DNA from: an uncultured virus (IMG/VR IMGVR_UViG_3300017780_003486)
Taxonomy: Duplodnaviria; Heunggongvirae; Uroviricota; Caudoviricetes
DNA: 64,000 nt
Virus record (IMG/VR): IMGVR_UViG_3300017780_003486
Reading direction: 5' to 3' (one strand)
Shown piece after piece: positions 9,368 to 19,351 of this stretch. The notes under the pieces are model-generated. The model had not been told where the DNA came from. It saw nothing but the letters and a program-made list of their open reading frames with translations, and did not search any database. Made by a program: the position numbers and the translations under genes. Position 1 is the stretch's first letter, and the number at the start of each line of letters is the position of its first letter.

Positions 9368-10305
9368 CGGTCGATCTCCATCTTCTGCGCCGCGTATCCC
9401 ATATGCGGGGAGTCCATAAGTCTCTCGATCACGTGAACGTCGTTGACGACATCGTCGAGAAGGAGACTCGGACGCCACGTCGCGAAGCGTCCTAGAGAGA
9501 ACGAACGGCCTTGGACGGTCGATGCCCAGAAGATGAACTTGCGTCGCTCTTCTTCGTCCACGGGCTTGATCTTCGCGTAGCTCTGCTCGGCGATTTCGAC
9601 ATCGCGAAACTGAGAGCGGGACACGCCAAGTAGAGCGGCGGCCGAGTCGACAACCGTTTCGGCCTCGCCTTCTAGGAGTCGGAGTTCGTTCGGCATCTCG
9701 ACGATAAGCCGGTTCCCGGTAATCGATACCCGAGAGAACGAAAGGTCAGGCGAAGGGATCGCGAGCGAGACGTATGCATCGCAGTCATCGATGGTCGCCG
9801 ATACGTTCGTGCCCGAGACGTATCCGAAGGACGGATGAGGAACCGGATAGGCGAGTTTCCTCATGAGAGCCGGCATGGGGATGGTACTCACGACCGGCCA
9901 ATCGCCGGAAGGGAAGCCGTAGTCGCGACCGAACTCGAACGCGACACCGCTCTTGAGAAGCGAAAGATATAGAAGCTTGATATAGTTCGACGGCGCTATC
10001 CAGCGTTCGACGATCTCGGTATTCAGACCGATGCTCCGGTCGCTCCGATACTCGCCGATGTTCTTCGCGGAATATGCGAGAGAGTCGGCGACCGGGTTTC
10101 GCCACGGCGCATACGACTTGATCACGCGTACCTTTTTGAAAGGTATCCCCGTGACCTCGCCGACGAGCGGCGACCGGAAGCGAAGGAGCGCGCTGTGGTT
10201 ATTCGGTAGTTCCCTCTGCGACTCGACGACGACAACGCGATCCCTCCGGCTAAGAAGAGACGCGGCTAGAAGACCGGCGAGACCGGCCCCGACTATCGTG
10301 ATCAT
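9364..10305 (-). CDS. FAD/NAD(P)-binding oxidoreductase
   Basis: ITIVGAGLAGL Rossmann motif, VSTIPM, SLGRFATW. Confidence 0.85.
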   Translation of the reverse strand: MITIVGAGLAGLLAASLLSRRDRVVVVESQRELPNNHSALLRFRSPLVGEVTGIPFKKVRVIKSYAPWRNPVADSLAYSAKNIGEYRSDRSIGLNTEIVERWIAPSNYIKLLYLSLLKSGVAFEFGRDYGFPSGDWPVVSTIPMPALMRKLAYPVPHPSFGYVSGTNVSATIDDCDAYVSLAIPSPDLSFSRVSITGNRLIVEMPNELRLLEGEAETVVDSAAALLGVSRSQFRDVEIAEQSYAKIKPVDEEERRKFIFWASTVQGRSFSLGRFATWRPSLLLDDVVNDVHVIERLMDSPHMGYAAQKMEIDR

Positions 10306-10477
10306 GATTGACGTGTCCTGCGGCACATAGAATTAGAAGAGCCGGGAGTTAATACCGGGAGCCTCACGAAAGAAAGTAGAAAATAGAAATCGAACCTTTT
10401 CCCTATTTTCTCCTAATTAAATAGGATACTTAGAGCGGCCTCCCTTTTGAGAGAAAGAAAGGAAGGAAGAAAGCCTT

Positions 10478-11305
10478 ATGGCATCGATAACAAACGATTG
10501 GATCGAAACTATGACCAAACACATTCGCAAGATACTGGTGATGGGACTACCCGGCGCTGGTAAGACGACTTTCTCCAAAGCTTTGGCGAAGCGGCTCGGC
10601 GCTGTTCACTTCAACGCCGACGAGGTTCGCGCGGCGGTGAATAAGGACCTCGGCTTTAGCGTAGAGGATCGTATCGAGCAGGCCCGGAGGATGGGCTTCC
10701 TCGCCGATACCGTCGCCGCGTCCGGGACGTTTGCTATCGCCGACTTCGTATGCCCGACCGACGAGACGCGCGAAGCCTTCTTCGAAGGCGGGCAGGGGTT
10801 CACCATCCTTATCGACCGGATCGAGGCCGGTCGCTTCGAAGATACAAACCGGCTTTTTGTCAGGCCCGCCGAACCGGAGTTCATCGTCAACGCTGCCGGC
10901 ACTCCCGAGTTCTGGGCGGAGCGCTTTGCGGAAATCATCGTCCCCCGGTTCGACTTCAACGCGCCGACCGCGTTCCTGCTCGGCCGCTACCAGCCGTGGC
11001 ACGATGGACACAAGGCCCTCTTCGAAGAGGCCCTGGAGCGCGTCGGTCAGGTCGTGATCGCCGTTCGCTCCACCTACGACCCGACGCCGGGGAGTAAGGA
11101 CCCGTTTGAGTTCGACGAGGTGGCGGCTCGGATTAAGACCGCGCTTCGCGGATACGAGGGGCGATTCGAGGTCATGCCGGTGCCGAACGTGACGAACATC
11201 TTCTACGGTCGCGATGTCGGATACTCCATCGAACGGATCGATCTCGACGAAGCGACGAAGGCGATCTCGGCAACGGCGGTCCGGAAGAAGCTCTCCGGCG
11301 AGTAA
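10478..11305 (+). CDS. adenylylsulfate (APS) kinase-like domain fused to a HIGH-type nucleotidyltransferase domain
   Basis: GLPGAGKT P-loop and NADEVR...DLGFSVEDRIEQARR (CysC-like); GRYQPWHDGH and ISATAVR (cytidylyltransferase-like). Confidence 0.8.
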   Translation: MASITNDWIETMTKHIRKILVMGLPGAGKTTFSKALAKRLGAVHFNADEVRAAVNKDLGFSVEDRIEQARRMGFLADTVAASGTFAIADFVCPTDETREAFFEGGQGFTILIDRIEAGRFEDTNRLFVRPAEPEFIVNAAGTPEFWAERFAEIIVPRFDFNAPTAFLLGRYQPWHDGHKALFEEALERVGQVVIAVRSTYDPTPGSKDPFEFDEVAARIKTALRGYEGRFEVMPVPNVTNIFYGRDVGYSIERIDLDEATKAISATAVRKKLSGE

Positions 11306-11380
11306 CGATCTCGGCGACGAAGAGAAGAAACGTGAGCGGGCGATCTTGCCCGCTCTTTCCACGTCTGGAAGGAGACGATC

Positions 11381-11920
11381 ATGACTAATCCGAATATCGA
11401 CGAGAGCGGGAAGTTCAAGAGCGGCGAATACGACTGGTGCCCTCCGGGCTTCGTCCCGCTGAAGCTCACCGATACGAGAGCACAGGACCTTCTTGCGCGC
11501 TACGCGATCCGCCGTCAGGTGGTCGATGTCGATTTCTCGAACGCGCTCCTCTCCCGGCTCTTCGCCGAAGGCTACGCGATCCCGGAGTCGGTTACGGAGA
11601 CGGCCGGAACCGGAGTCGAGATGATCGCCGAGGAACGTCGTCGTCAGATCGATGGGGAAGGCTTCAGCGCCGAACGCGACGACGAATACACAAACGGCGA
11701 ACTCGTCCGGGCCGCTACGACATACGCTCTCGCGTCGGCCGGGTACGATAAGGAGCTTCGACCGAGCGATCAATCGACGCTCTTCGCGAGCCTCAAGGAA
11801 ATGTGGCCGTGGTATCCGCTCTGGTTCAAGCCGAAGTCGGCGCTCCACGACCTCGCGCGGGCCGGGGCTCTTATCGCGGCTGAGATCGATAGGCGCGTTC
11901 GCGCGGGAGTTCCGAAATGA
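11381..11920 (+). CDS. conserved phage hypothetical protein
   Basis: ERRRQIDGEG...DDEYTNGEL..AA..YA...WPW...LARAGALIAAEIDR, a recurrent phage domain. Confidence 0.7.
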   Translation: MTNPNIDESGKFKSGEYDWCPPGFVPLKLTDTRAQDLLARYAIRRQVVDVDFSNALLSRLFAEGYAIPESVTETAGTGVEMIAEERRRQIDGEGFSAERDDEYTNGELVRAATTYALASAGYDKELRPSDQSTLFASLKEMWPWYPLWFKPKSALHDLARAGALIAAEIDRRVRAGVPK

Positions 11921-12174
11921 GCCTCAAGAACAAAGCGAAGGCGTTCGCCTTCATATCGCTATCGGGGATCGTTCCGGGATCGCTCGTTTATCTCGGACAC
12001 GGACTAGCCCCGGCCCTCGTCGTCGGAGGGACCGTTGGCGGTTTCGCCTTCGGTTTCGTCGCGGGTATTTCGCTCGCGGTGATTATCATCGCGGAGCCGG
12101 ATCGTTTTCCCGACGCGCTCCAGCAAATGGGACAAGCGATCCTCAATCGGAGGACCGGGAGGACCGGCCGATGA
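11917..12174 (+). CDS. membrane protein
   Basis: Two hydrophobic segments, ATGA overlaps. Confidence 0.6.
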   Translation: MSLKNKAKAFAFISLSGIVPGSLVYLGHGLAPALVVGGTVGGFAFGFVAGISLAVIIIAEPDRFPDALQQMGQAILNRRTGRTGR

Positions 12175-12617
12175 AGCCGAGCGAGGTCCTCATCGTCAAC
12201 CCGATGGCGAAAACCACGGCTTGGGTTCGAAGCGACCTTGACGGGAAGCGTCGAGACTTCAAGTCGTGGTACGAGTTCCTATCGTGGTTCGACGAGAAGT
12301 ATCACGGCGAGTTCATCCTTCCACCGAAGACGACGGACAAATACATCGATGTCCTCGTCGACACCCTCGCCGATAGCCCACGGAAGACGAGGCGTGCGGC
12401 GAAGGATAAGGAGCCGAAGAAGGAGAAGGCCGCGAAGAGTTCCTTTGGTTCCGGGAGCATATCGGTGGAGGTCAAGGGAGTTCGATACGGGACGCTCGCG
12501 ACGGCGTTCAAGAAGCTCGGGCTTCCTATGAGTGACCGGAAGGTCGTTCGCCGGGAGCTGATCGCGAAGAAGGTCTACGAGTACGGCGGACATTCGTTCA
12601 AGTTGATGGAGGACTAG
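12171..12617 (+). CDS. basic putative DNA-binding protein
   Basis: Start MKPSEV; C-terminal SVEVKGVRYGTLATAFKKLGL domain shared with two other ORFs in the window. Confidence 0.6.
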   Translation: MKPSEVLIVNPMAKTTAWVRSDLDGKRRDFKSWYEFLSWFDEKYHGEFILPPKTTDKYIDVLVDTLADSPRKTRRAAKDKEPKKEKAAKSSFGSGSISVEVKGVRYGTLATAFKKLGLPMSDRKVVRRELIAKKVYEYGGHSFKLMED

Positions 12618-12917
12618 ATGACCGAGCAGCATAAAGCATCCGAAGACGCTGGCCGTGAGAAGCGACGGCTGGAGATCGCGCCTCTGATCGAAGAGGCACG
12701 GAAGTCCGGGGCGTGGCTTCATATTCCGTATCAGGATGTATGGAGGTCGCCCGACGAACTTGAGAAGGACAACGCCGAAGGTCGCTTCCTCTTCGATGCG
12801 AAGACGATCCGGATCAGGCCCGTGAAGGATTATCTCGATCAACTCGACGCCTCAATTCTTCGGATGACGGAGTATCGCGCTTCGATCCTGAAGAGAAGCG
12901 GTGGAGGAACGATATGA
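12618..12917 (+). CDS. hypothetical protein
   Basis: 99 aa with GGAGG RBS. Confidence 0.6.
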   Translation: MTEQHKASEDAGREKRRLEIAPLIEEARKSGAWLHIPYQDVWRSPDELEKDNAEGRFLFDAKTIRIRPVKDYLDQLDASILRMTEYRASILKRSGGGTI

Positions 12918-13393
12918 GCGGCGTCGAAATGGAGCCCGGTGATATCGGCCTCGCCGTTATCGGCGGAACGATCCCTCCCGATAGCGAGCCCGTCTACGAA
13001 CTCGGTTGGGCGTCCGGAACTCCTCACTGCGAGGTCTGTGGTCGCTTCGCTCTCTACCTCCTTCCCGGCGAGAGGATCGATACGACACGCGACCGACTTC
13101 GTGTCGCTTCGGTCCCCGGCGTCCCGTACTCCGCTGCCTACTGCGAAGACTGCCTTGGGGCCGGGGCCCACCCTTACTGGATACTCGTCGCGAACGTCGC
13201 GGCTTGCGGCGGGATCGGACACGTCCACGATGGCGTAATCGAGATGGTTAAGAGGACGCTCGATCATCTCGGGAAGACGATGGAAGAGTTCAAGTGTGAC
13301 GTGGAAGCGGATATCGCGAACCTCGACTCGTATATGGCGAATGATCGGGCTTCCGAAGAACTCGGAAAGCTAGACGATGATCTCGGGTTCTGA
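12914..13393 (+). CDS. hypothetical Zn-binding protein
   Basis: CEVC...CEDC. Confidence 0.55.
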   Translation: MSGVEMEPGDIGLAVIGGTIPPDSEPVYELGWASGTPHCEVCGRFALYLLPGERIDTTRDRLRVASVPGVPYSAAYCEDCLGAGAHPYWILVANVAACGGIGHVHDGVIEMVKRTLDHLGKTMEEFKCDVEADIANLDSYMANDRASEELGKLDDDLGF

Positions 13394-13606
13394 AAGGAGA
13401 ACGGCGATGAAGAAACGCTTCTGCATAAGGACGATGATCGAAGGCCGCGAGTGCTTCTATCAATGCGACGACTGCCGGGCGTCGAATTTGTACATCTATA
13501 TCGCGCTGTCCTTCGCCATCGGGGGACTCGCGGCAGTCGTAATGAGTTTCACGGTCGGCGGATAAAGACCCCCTAGTGGGTCGGAGTAACTAGGAGAGTA
13601 TGAGCT

Positions 13607-16078
13607 ATGGCTTCGAAGAAAAAGACAGCCGCCCCGAGGAAGGCGCGGACGAAGAAGGAAGAAGCGGCGAAGGAGAATACAGGCGCGCAGACCGGTCGGA
13701 AGATCGAGTCATCGGAAGACGAGGAACCGAACGGCGAGCTTCCACCGCCGCCGACGAACGACGGAACCTATCAGCGCATTCCGGCGCTGGCCGCCTATAT
13801 CGAACGTATCGGCGCGGTCGAACATAACTTCCGTCGCTACATCGTTCGCGAGCATCGCGGAGGGAGTCACTACTACGTCGAAAAGTCGATCGTGAAGATC
13901 AACAACGACGGAACGATCTATTGCTCGCGGAAGGAGTACGAACCGACCGAGGCCGAAGCGAAGGCGATCCAAGAGGCGTTCGTCAAGCTCGACGTTCCGA
14001 AGTCCATCGGGGCGAAGCTCCCGGTTGCTCAGGCGTATGCGAACTCGCTCAAGGGTCAGAGCTTCCTCTTCCATAAGCGGAAGGACGGGCTCGTTCATAT
14101 GATCCAAGAACGCTGGATCAAGCCGGACGGGTCGAAGGTCTATATCCCGTGGTCGTTCTGGTCGGACGGGAAATGGCGGCGGATGGAACCGGACGGAGAC
14201 CTCCCGTTCTGGAAACCGGTCGTCGACCGGAAGAAGGGACGGAAGATGATCCACGAAGGGGCGAAGGCCGCCTTCATTATCGACCGGCTCGTAAACGATC
14301 CCGACTATGCCGACGAGCTTGCCGCCCACCCGTGGTGCGACGTGATCAAGCAGTACGAGCATTGGGGGATGATCGGCGGCGCTCTCGCTCCTCACCGCGC
14401 GGACTATGCCGAGCTAAAGGCGGAGAAGCCGACCGAGACCGTCTATGCCTGCGACCGCGACTATGCCGGCGAGAGCGCTCTACAGGAGGTCTCCAAGCAC
14501 TGCGGTCTATCGCTCAAGGGGATCATGTACGGCGACTCGTTCCCCGAAGGATGGGATATGGGCGATCCGATCCCCGAGACGCTTTATAAGGGGAAGGGAG
14601 AACGTCGGCGCTACATCGGTCGCGGCCTTCGTGATCTCATGTCTCCAGCGACTCGCGCAACGGAGGTCGTAGCAAATCCTTCCGGGAAGGGACGCGGGAT
14701 CGCGGTCCTTACGAGACGCTTCCGCGAGGAATGGCTTCACGCTATTCGTCCGGAGGTGTTCGTCCATCGCGACTGGCCTCACGAAATGTGGATCGCTCCG
14801 GAGTTCAATAGCAAGGTGCGCCCGTTCTCCGATGTAGACGACACCGCGCGGCTCCTTAAGGCCGATGCGGCGAGTAAGTCGGCGATCCTCAAGTATGACC
14901 CTTCGGAGAAGGCTGGCGTCTACGGCTCGGGCGACGAGGGCCGCTACATCAATACACATCGGCCTTCGCAGATCGAAGCGGAGAAAGGCGATGTCGGTCC
15001 GTTCATCGACTATATGGAACACCTTGTTCCGGGAGAGAAGGACCGCCACGAACTTATGCGATGGTGCGCGACCCTCATAGCCCGGCCCGACATCCGGATG
15101 AAGTACGCCGTCGTCCTTATCTCGGAAATGCAAGGCGTAGGGAAATCGACGCTCGGGGAGAAGATACTCGCTCCGCTCGTCGGCGCGACGAATGTGAGCT
15201 ATCCGAGCGAACAGGAGATCGTCGAGTCCAACTTCAACTACTGGCTCGCCCACAAGCGTCTCGCCGTCGTCCACGAAATATACGCGGGTCACTCTTCGAG
15301 GGCGTATAACAAGCTCAAGTCGGTTATCGCCGATAAGAACATCACGGTTCAGAAGAAGTATATGAGCGACTACCAGATCGAGAATTGGATGCACATATAC
15401 GCCTGCTCGAACTCGAAGCGCGCTATCCAGCTTACCGGAGACGACCGCCGTTGGTTCGTTCCCCGCGTAACCGAAGAGAAGAAGCCCGCCGACTACTGGC
15501 TTGCCTTCAACCGTTGGCTCGACGAGGAAGGCGGCCTCGGCATCATCAAGTACTGGGCGAAGGAGTTCCTCAAGACGACGGAGCCGGTTGGAGGATCGGA
15601 GGAAGCGCCGTGGAGTAGCCTTAAGGAAGAGGTGGTCGAAGAAGGCTATTCGCCGGGTCAGGCGCTCGTATCGCGGACACTCGACCGGGTTAAGTCGATC
15701 CTAGAGTCGGACGAGGAAGAGGATGTAGCGATCCGCAAGCGCTGGGAAGAGAACGAGATGCTCAGGGACGGGAAGGTCATTATGGTCGACCTCCAGTTCA
15801 CGAAGCTGATCACCGATGTCATCTATCAGGGCCGCCATAGCGACCGTCTCGAAAAGGCTATGACGATTAGGAAGGTCGCGAAGAATAAGAAGTGGCTTAT
15901 CGGGAGCGGCGTTATCTCCACCGGCATGAACGCTTGGGGAAGCGGTCTTCAGACGGGGAGGCTTATCACGAACTCTCAGACGCTCGCCGAAACGTCCCCG
16001 GCCGATATCGGAGGGAAGCGCGTCGAAGAGTCGAAGCGGATGAGGCCGCTCGATCTTAACTTCATGAAGGAGGTGTAG
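13607..16078 (+). CDS. primase-helicase (C-terminal DUF5906/SF3-like helicase)
   Basis: HEGAK and CDRDYAG TOPRIM-like motifs; SEMQGVGKS Walker A; VVHE; CSN; DDRRWF. Confidence 0.85.
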   Translation: MASKKKTAAPRKARTKKEEAAKENTGAQTGRKIESSEDEEPNGELPPPPTNDGTYQRIPALAAYIERIGAVEHNFRRYIVREHRGGSHYYVEKSIVKINNDGTIYCSRKEYEPTEAEAKAIQEAFVKLDVPKSIGAKLPVAQAYANSLKGQSFLFHKRKDGLVHMIQERWIKPDGSKVYIPWSFWSDGKWRRMEPDGDLPFWKPVVDRKKGRKMIHEGAKAAFIIDRLVNDPDYADELAAHPWCDVIKQYEHWGMIGGALAPHRADYAELKAEKPTETVYACDRDYAGESALQEVSKHCGLSLKGIMYGDSFPEGWDMGDPIPETLYKGKGERRRYIGRGLRDLMSPATRATEVVANPSGKGRGIAVLTRRFREEWLHAIRPEVFVHRDWPHEMWIAPEFNSKVRPFSDVDDTARLLKADAASKSAILKYDPSEKAGVYGSGDEGRYINTHRPSQIEAEKGDVGPFIDYMEHLVPGEKDRHELMRWCATLIARPDIRMKYAVVLISEMQGVGKSTLGEKILAPLVGATNVSYPSEQEIVESNFNYWLAHKRLAVVHEIYAGHSSRAYNKLKSVIADKNITVQKKYMSDYQIENWMHIYACSNSKRAIQLTGDDRRWFVPRVTEEKKPADYWLAFNRWLDEEGGLGIIKYWAKEFLKTTEPVGGSEEAPWSSLKEEVVEEGYSPGQALVSRTLDRVKSILESDEEEDVAIRKRWEENEMLRDGKVIMVDLQFTKLITDVIYQGRHSDRLEKAMTIRKVAKNKKWLIGSGVISTGMNAWGSGLQTGRLITNSQTLAETSPADIGGKRVEESKRMRPLDLNFMKEV

Positions 16079-16081
16079 GCT

Positions 16082-16483
16082 ATGGCTAGGAAACCGAAGA
16101 CCATCCGTCAACGCTGCGAGGAGCTTCTATCCAAGCTCGCGGTCCCGAAGAACCGGACCGATGTGCTACTCGCGTTCGTCCTCGCGGAGATGGAGAAGGT
16201 CGAGAAGCGGCGGAAGAAGGAGCGGCCGAAAGCGGACGGAACGCTTCGCCGAAGAACGACGGCCTATCTAGACCGGGTTCTTGCACGGCATAGCGATCAC
16301 GCGACGGAGAAGGACACCGACTCACTCGTCGAGTTCGTTCTATCGGAGATCGGCCGGAGCGGGGACCTTAAAGGCGACGACTCGCTCCCGCTCGTGATCT
16401 ACTTCAAGGAAGCGAAGGACCGTCAGGCGTTCATCGAGCTTGTTCGTCTAGCTAACCCGAAGATGATTGCGAGACCGGTATGA
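16082..16483 (+). CDS. hypothetical protein
   Basis: 133 aa with strong RBS. Confidence 0.6.
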   Translation: MARKPKTIRQRCEELLSKLAVPKNRTDVLLAFVLAEMEKVEKRRKKERPKADGTLRRRTTAYLDRVLARHSDHATEKDTDSLVEFVLSEIGRSGDLKGDDSLPLVIYFKEAKDRQAFIELVRLANPKMIARPV

Positions 16484-16734
16484 ATAGGAACACCGAGAAA
16501 GTTCGGCTCGCATCGGTATCGAAGAGAGCGCGGAAGCTCTTCGAACGGATCGAGAGCGGTCGCTTCTATCGCGCGTATGGCGAAGGAAACCCGAAGGCGA
16601 TGACGGAACTACTCGATGCCGGGCTAATCAAGCGTTACCCGAAGGTCGTCGTGATCGCCTCCGCGATGGTCCCTCACAACTATGAGGCGAGCTACGTCGA
16701 GTCCTACGGGAAGAAGAAGCGGAGGGTCATATGA
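16480..16734 (+). CDS. hypothetical protein
   Basis: ATGA-coupled. Confidence 0.55.
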   Translation: MNRNTEKVRLASVSKRARKLFERIESGRFYRAYGEGNPKAMTELLDAGLIKRYPKVVVIASAMVPHNYEASYVESYGKKKRRVI

Positions 16735-16937
16735 AGAAGGAAGCGAAGACCGCGAAGTGGTCGAAAGTAGACGCGATGATGGAAGAGACGAGGGCAGTCG
16801 GGGCCTACGTTAAGGGAGCCGAGGCCGATCTTCAGCTCGCCGGGTTCATGGCGATCTTCCATCCGAACTACGGAGAAGAGAGAACGCGGAAGATCGTCAA
16901 CGAAGCGCGCGAACGGGATCGGAGGAACGGGCGATGA
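16731..16937 (+). CDS. hypothetical protein
   Basis: ATGA-coupled. Confidence 0.55.
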   Translation: MKKEAKTAKWSKVDAMMEETRAVGAYVKGAEADLQLAGFMAIFHPNYGEERTRKIVNEARERDRRNGR

Positions 16938-17086
16938 AGAAGACGACTTGGAACTGGATCGCCTTCGGAGCGGTCCTGACCGTCGAGACGATATGCGTGA
17001 TCCTCGGCCTCGCGAACCTCTCGTCTCTCGTCGGTGGGTTCGGCCTCGCCGTCCTCCTGATCGCCGCTATCGAAAGGTGGTGAGCT

Positions 17087-17275
17087 ATGGCGAAGAAGGC
17101 GAAGGACTTCATCGCGCTCGGAAAAGGTGCGGTCGTCGTCGTCCATTGTAGGAACGGCGAGAGTGCCGTATTCGAGGGCGTAGCGATAGCGATAAGCCGG
17201 AGCGATGGCGAGATACGGGCTATGTTCAACCTCAAGGCCGAACCGGTCTTCAGAACGAAGGGAAAGAAGCGATGA
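17087..17275 (+). CDS. hypothetical protein
   Basis: RBS and coupling to next gene. Confidence 0.5.
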   Translation: MAKKAKDFIALGKGAVVVVHCRNGESAVFEGVAIAISRSDGEIRAMFNLKAEPVFRTKGKKR

Positions 17276-17640
17276 GATACCAAGGCTGGAACCTCGAAGA
17301 AGCGTCTCGCGTATGCGCGATGATCGAGTTGATCGCCCCGAAGTACGGAGCGCACGTGGCGCTTACGGGAGGAGCGCTCTACAAAACCGGACTTCGAAAG
17401 GACGCCGACATTCTGTTCTATCGGATACGGCAGGCCGAAAGGATCGAGCTTCGCGGTCTCTTCGAAGCACTCGAAGAAGTCGGAATTCACATCGGTCTCG
17501 ACTATGGCTGGGTCGTCAAGGCGATATACGAGAGGAAGAAAGGCGAAGAGCCGTTCGCAATCGACTTCTTCCTCCCTGAGCGGGATTACGAAGTCTATCC
17601 GGCGAAGGACCTCTTGGACGAGTGGGAGTATGGATTATGA
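17272..17640 (+). CDS. minimal nucleotidyltransferase-like protein
   Basis: ALTGGALYK...KDADI resembles the GS/GG...DxD motif of the Pol beta-like superfamily. Confidence 0.55.
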   Translation: MRYQGWNLEEASRVCAMIELIAPKYGAHVALTGGALYKTGLRKDADILFYRIRQAERIELRGLFEALEEVGIHIGLDYGWVVKAIYERKKGEEPFAIDFFLPERDYEVYPAKDLLDEWEYGL

Positions 17641-17885
17641 GCGACGAATTCAAGTGGACGACGTACCACGAAGGGAAGTTCGGCTTCCATCACGCGCTTC
17701 ACGTGAGGATCGGGAAGGAGCTTGCCCGGACTTGGCGGGTAACGCGAGGATCGCGCGGCTGGGCCGCTTCCTTCGAATGGCTCGGGACCGGTCTTCATAT
17801 CGGGATCGAACGGGGAACCGTCGATGAAGCGAAGGCGGCCGTAGAGGTCGCGGCAAAGGCTCTCGGACATAGGAGTTACCCGTGA
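17637..17885 (+). CDS. hypothetical protein
   Basis: ATGA-coupled MSDEFKW. Confidence 0.5.
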   Translation: MSDEFKWTTYHEGKFGFHHALHVRIGKELARTWRVTRGSRGWAASFEWLGTGLHIGIERGTVDEAKAAVEVAAKALGHRSYP

Positions 17886-18057
17886 AGCTCGCTAAGGCAC
17901 TACACCTCGCCGACGTATGGAGAAGCCTACGGCCGAGTATCCGAAGCGAAGCGGCGACGGCGGCTATCGTTCTCGCCGACGAGCTTCTTCGCGAACGCGG
18001 GCGGCCGATGATCGCGGAAGATATCGAAACGACAATCGTTCGAAAGGAGAAGACGAA

Positions 18058-18297
18058 ATGACCGACATCAAGCTGAACTGGATCGAGAGGAACGGCCCGC
18101 CGCGCTTCATCGCGAAGGTGAAGATCGGCGACCGGCTCCGCTTCTGGATCGTGAGGAAAACCATCCCCGGATGGTTCGTCGCGTTCGGGAAGTATGACGA
18201 GTCGATGGTCGTCGGCCACGGCATCGCGACGAAGGAAGAGGCGTTCGCGAAGGCGGAAGCGACGGCGGCTCTCTTCGGACATAAGGCGGAGGAGTAG
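18058..18297 (+). CDS. hypothetical protein
   Basis: AAGGAG RBS, MTDIKL. Confidence 0.55.
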   Translation: MTDIKLNWIERNGPPRFIAKVKIGDRLRFWIVRKTIPGWFVAFGKYDESMVVGHGIATKEEAFAKAEATAALFGHKAEE

Positions 18298-18301
18298 GGC
18301 G

Positions 18302-18601
18302 ATGACGTACTTCCCGATCATGCTGTCCGGCTACGGCTCGGAAAACTACGCGAAGATCGTCGGGCCGATCTATACGAACATCCCGCTCGCGATGATCGAA
18401 CCGCGCGAGGATCGAGCGAAGCGGAACTATAGTCAGACGCTCGCGCAGCTTGCGAAGCGCGGCGGGCTAACGGCTTGTGAAGCGGTCGCCGTTCTCGAAG
18501 ATCGGGAGTATCGGACGATGACGCTTCAGGCCGCTTGTACACGGCTTGCGGAACTCGTCTCGATATGGGAGACGGCGCGGATGAAGGACGGCGAGCGATG
18601 A
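18302..18601 (+). CDS. hypothetical protein
   Basis: GGAGG RBS; NYSQTLAQLAKRGGL. Confidence 0.6.
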   Translation: MTYFPIMLSGYGSENYAKIVGPIYTNIPLAMIEPREDRAKRNYSQTLAQLAKRGGLTACEAVAVLEDREYRTMTLQAACTRLAELVSIWETARMKDGER

Positions 18602-18885
18602 AGGAGACCATCGAAGCCCGTCTCCTCAAAGGCGTATGCCGAGCGCGCTGCTCTCACGCGTCGTGCCGGATCGAGAAGGAGGCCGCGAAGGAGATCGCCG
18701 AACTACGGAAGACTATCGAGCGCGGGTCCTACATCCTCATCTCATCGGAGATCGTCGATACACTTCGGCTCGCGCTTAAGGATATCGCGACGAAGAAAGC
18801 GGACCCGGTAACGGTCGCGAAGAAAACGCTTGCGGAGATCGAGAAGAAGGCGCGGCCGTTCGTCGTCGGGAGGAAGCGGAAATGA
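18598..18885 (+). CDS. hypothetical protein
   Basis: ATGA-coupled. Confidence 0.5.
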   Translation: MKETIEARLLKGVCRARCSHASCRIEKEAAKEIAELRKTIERGSYILISSEIVDTLRLALKDIATKKADPVTVAKKTLAEIEKKARPFVVGRKRK

Positions 18886-19073
18886 GTACCCGGCTTGAAG
18901 ACCTCGAACGGATCGCGGCGGACCACGGGTCGAGGCTCGCGCTCCTTCTAGGAGAGAAGGCGGCCGAGGAAGCGATGCGAGACTTCTACGATGGCGATGA
19001 AGGGAGAGAGCTTCTTCGCCTTCGCGGTGAGCGGCCCGAGTATCTTCGCGTGATCGATGGAGGGAAGAGATGA
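18882..19073 (+). CDS. hypothetical protein
   Basis: ATGA-coupled; ends in LRVIDGG. Confidence 0.5.
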   Translation: MSTRLEDLERIAADHGSRLALLLGEKAAEEAMRDFYDGDEGRELLRLRGERPEYLRVIDGGKR

Positions 19074-19351
19074 TATGCGCCTACTGCGAAGCGCCGATAG
19101 GTTCGGCTCCTACGATGCTAAAGATCGGGAACGGTGAAACCGAGACCTTCCATGATCTGCTATGCCTCTCCGGCCACGTTCGTAGGGTCATCGAAAAGAG
19201 GCCCGCGATACCAAGCGCGGTGATTATCCGCACGCTCGTCGCCGGGTATCGAGACGCCGACGAAGGCGAAGCGGCTCGTATTCGAGAGCGGATCGAGGTC
19301 GAGCTAGACCGTATCGGCGCGGAGGAGAGGGCCGGCACCGAGGGGCGATGA
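19070..19351 (+). CDS. hypothetical Zn-finger-like protein
   Basis: CAYC...FHDLLC. Confidence 0.5.
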   Translation: MICAYCEAPIGSAPTMLKIGNGETETFHDLLCLSGHVRRVIEKRPAIPSAVIIRTLVAGYRDADEGEAARIRERIEVELDRIGAEERAGTEGR

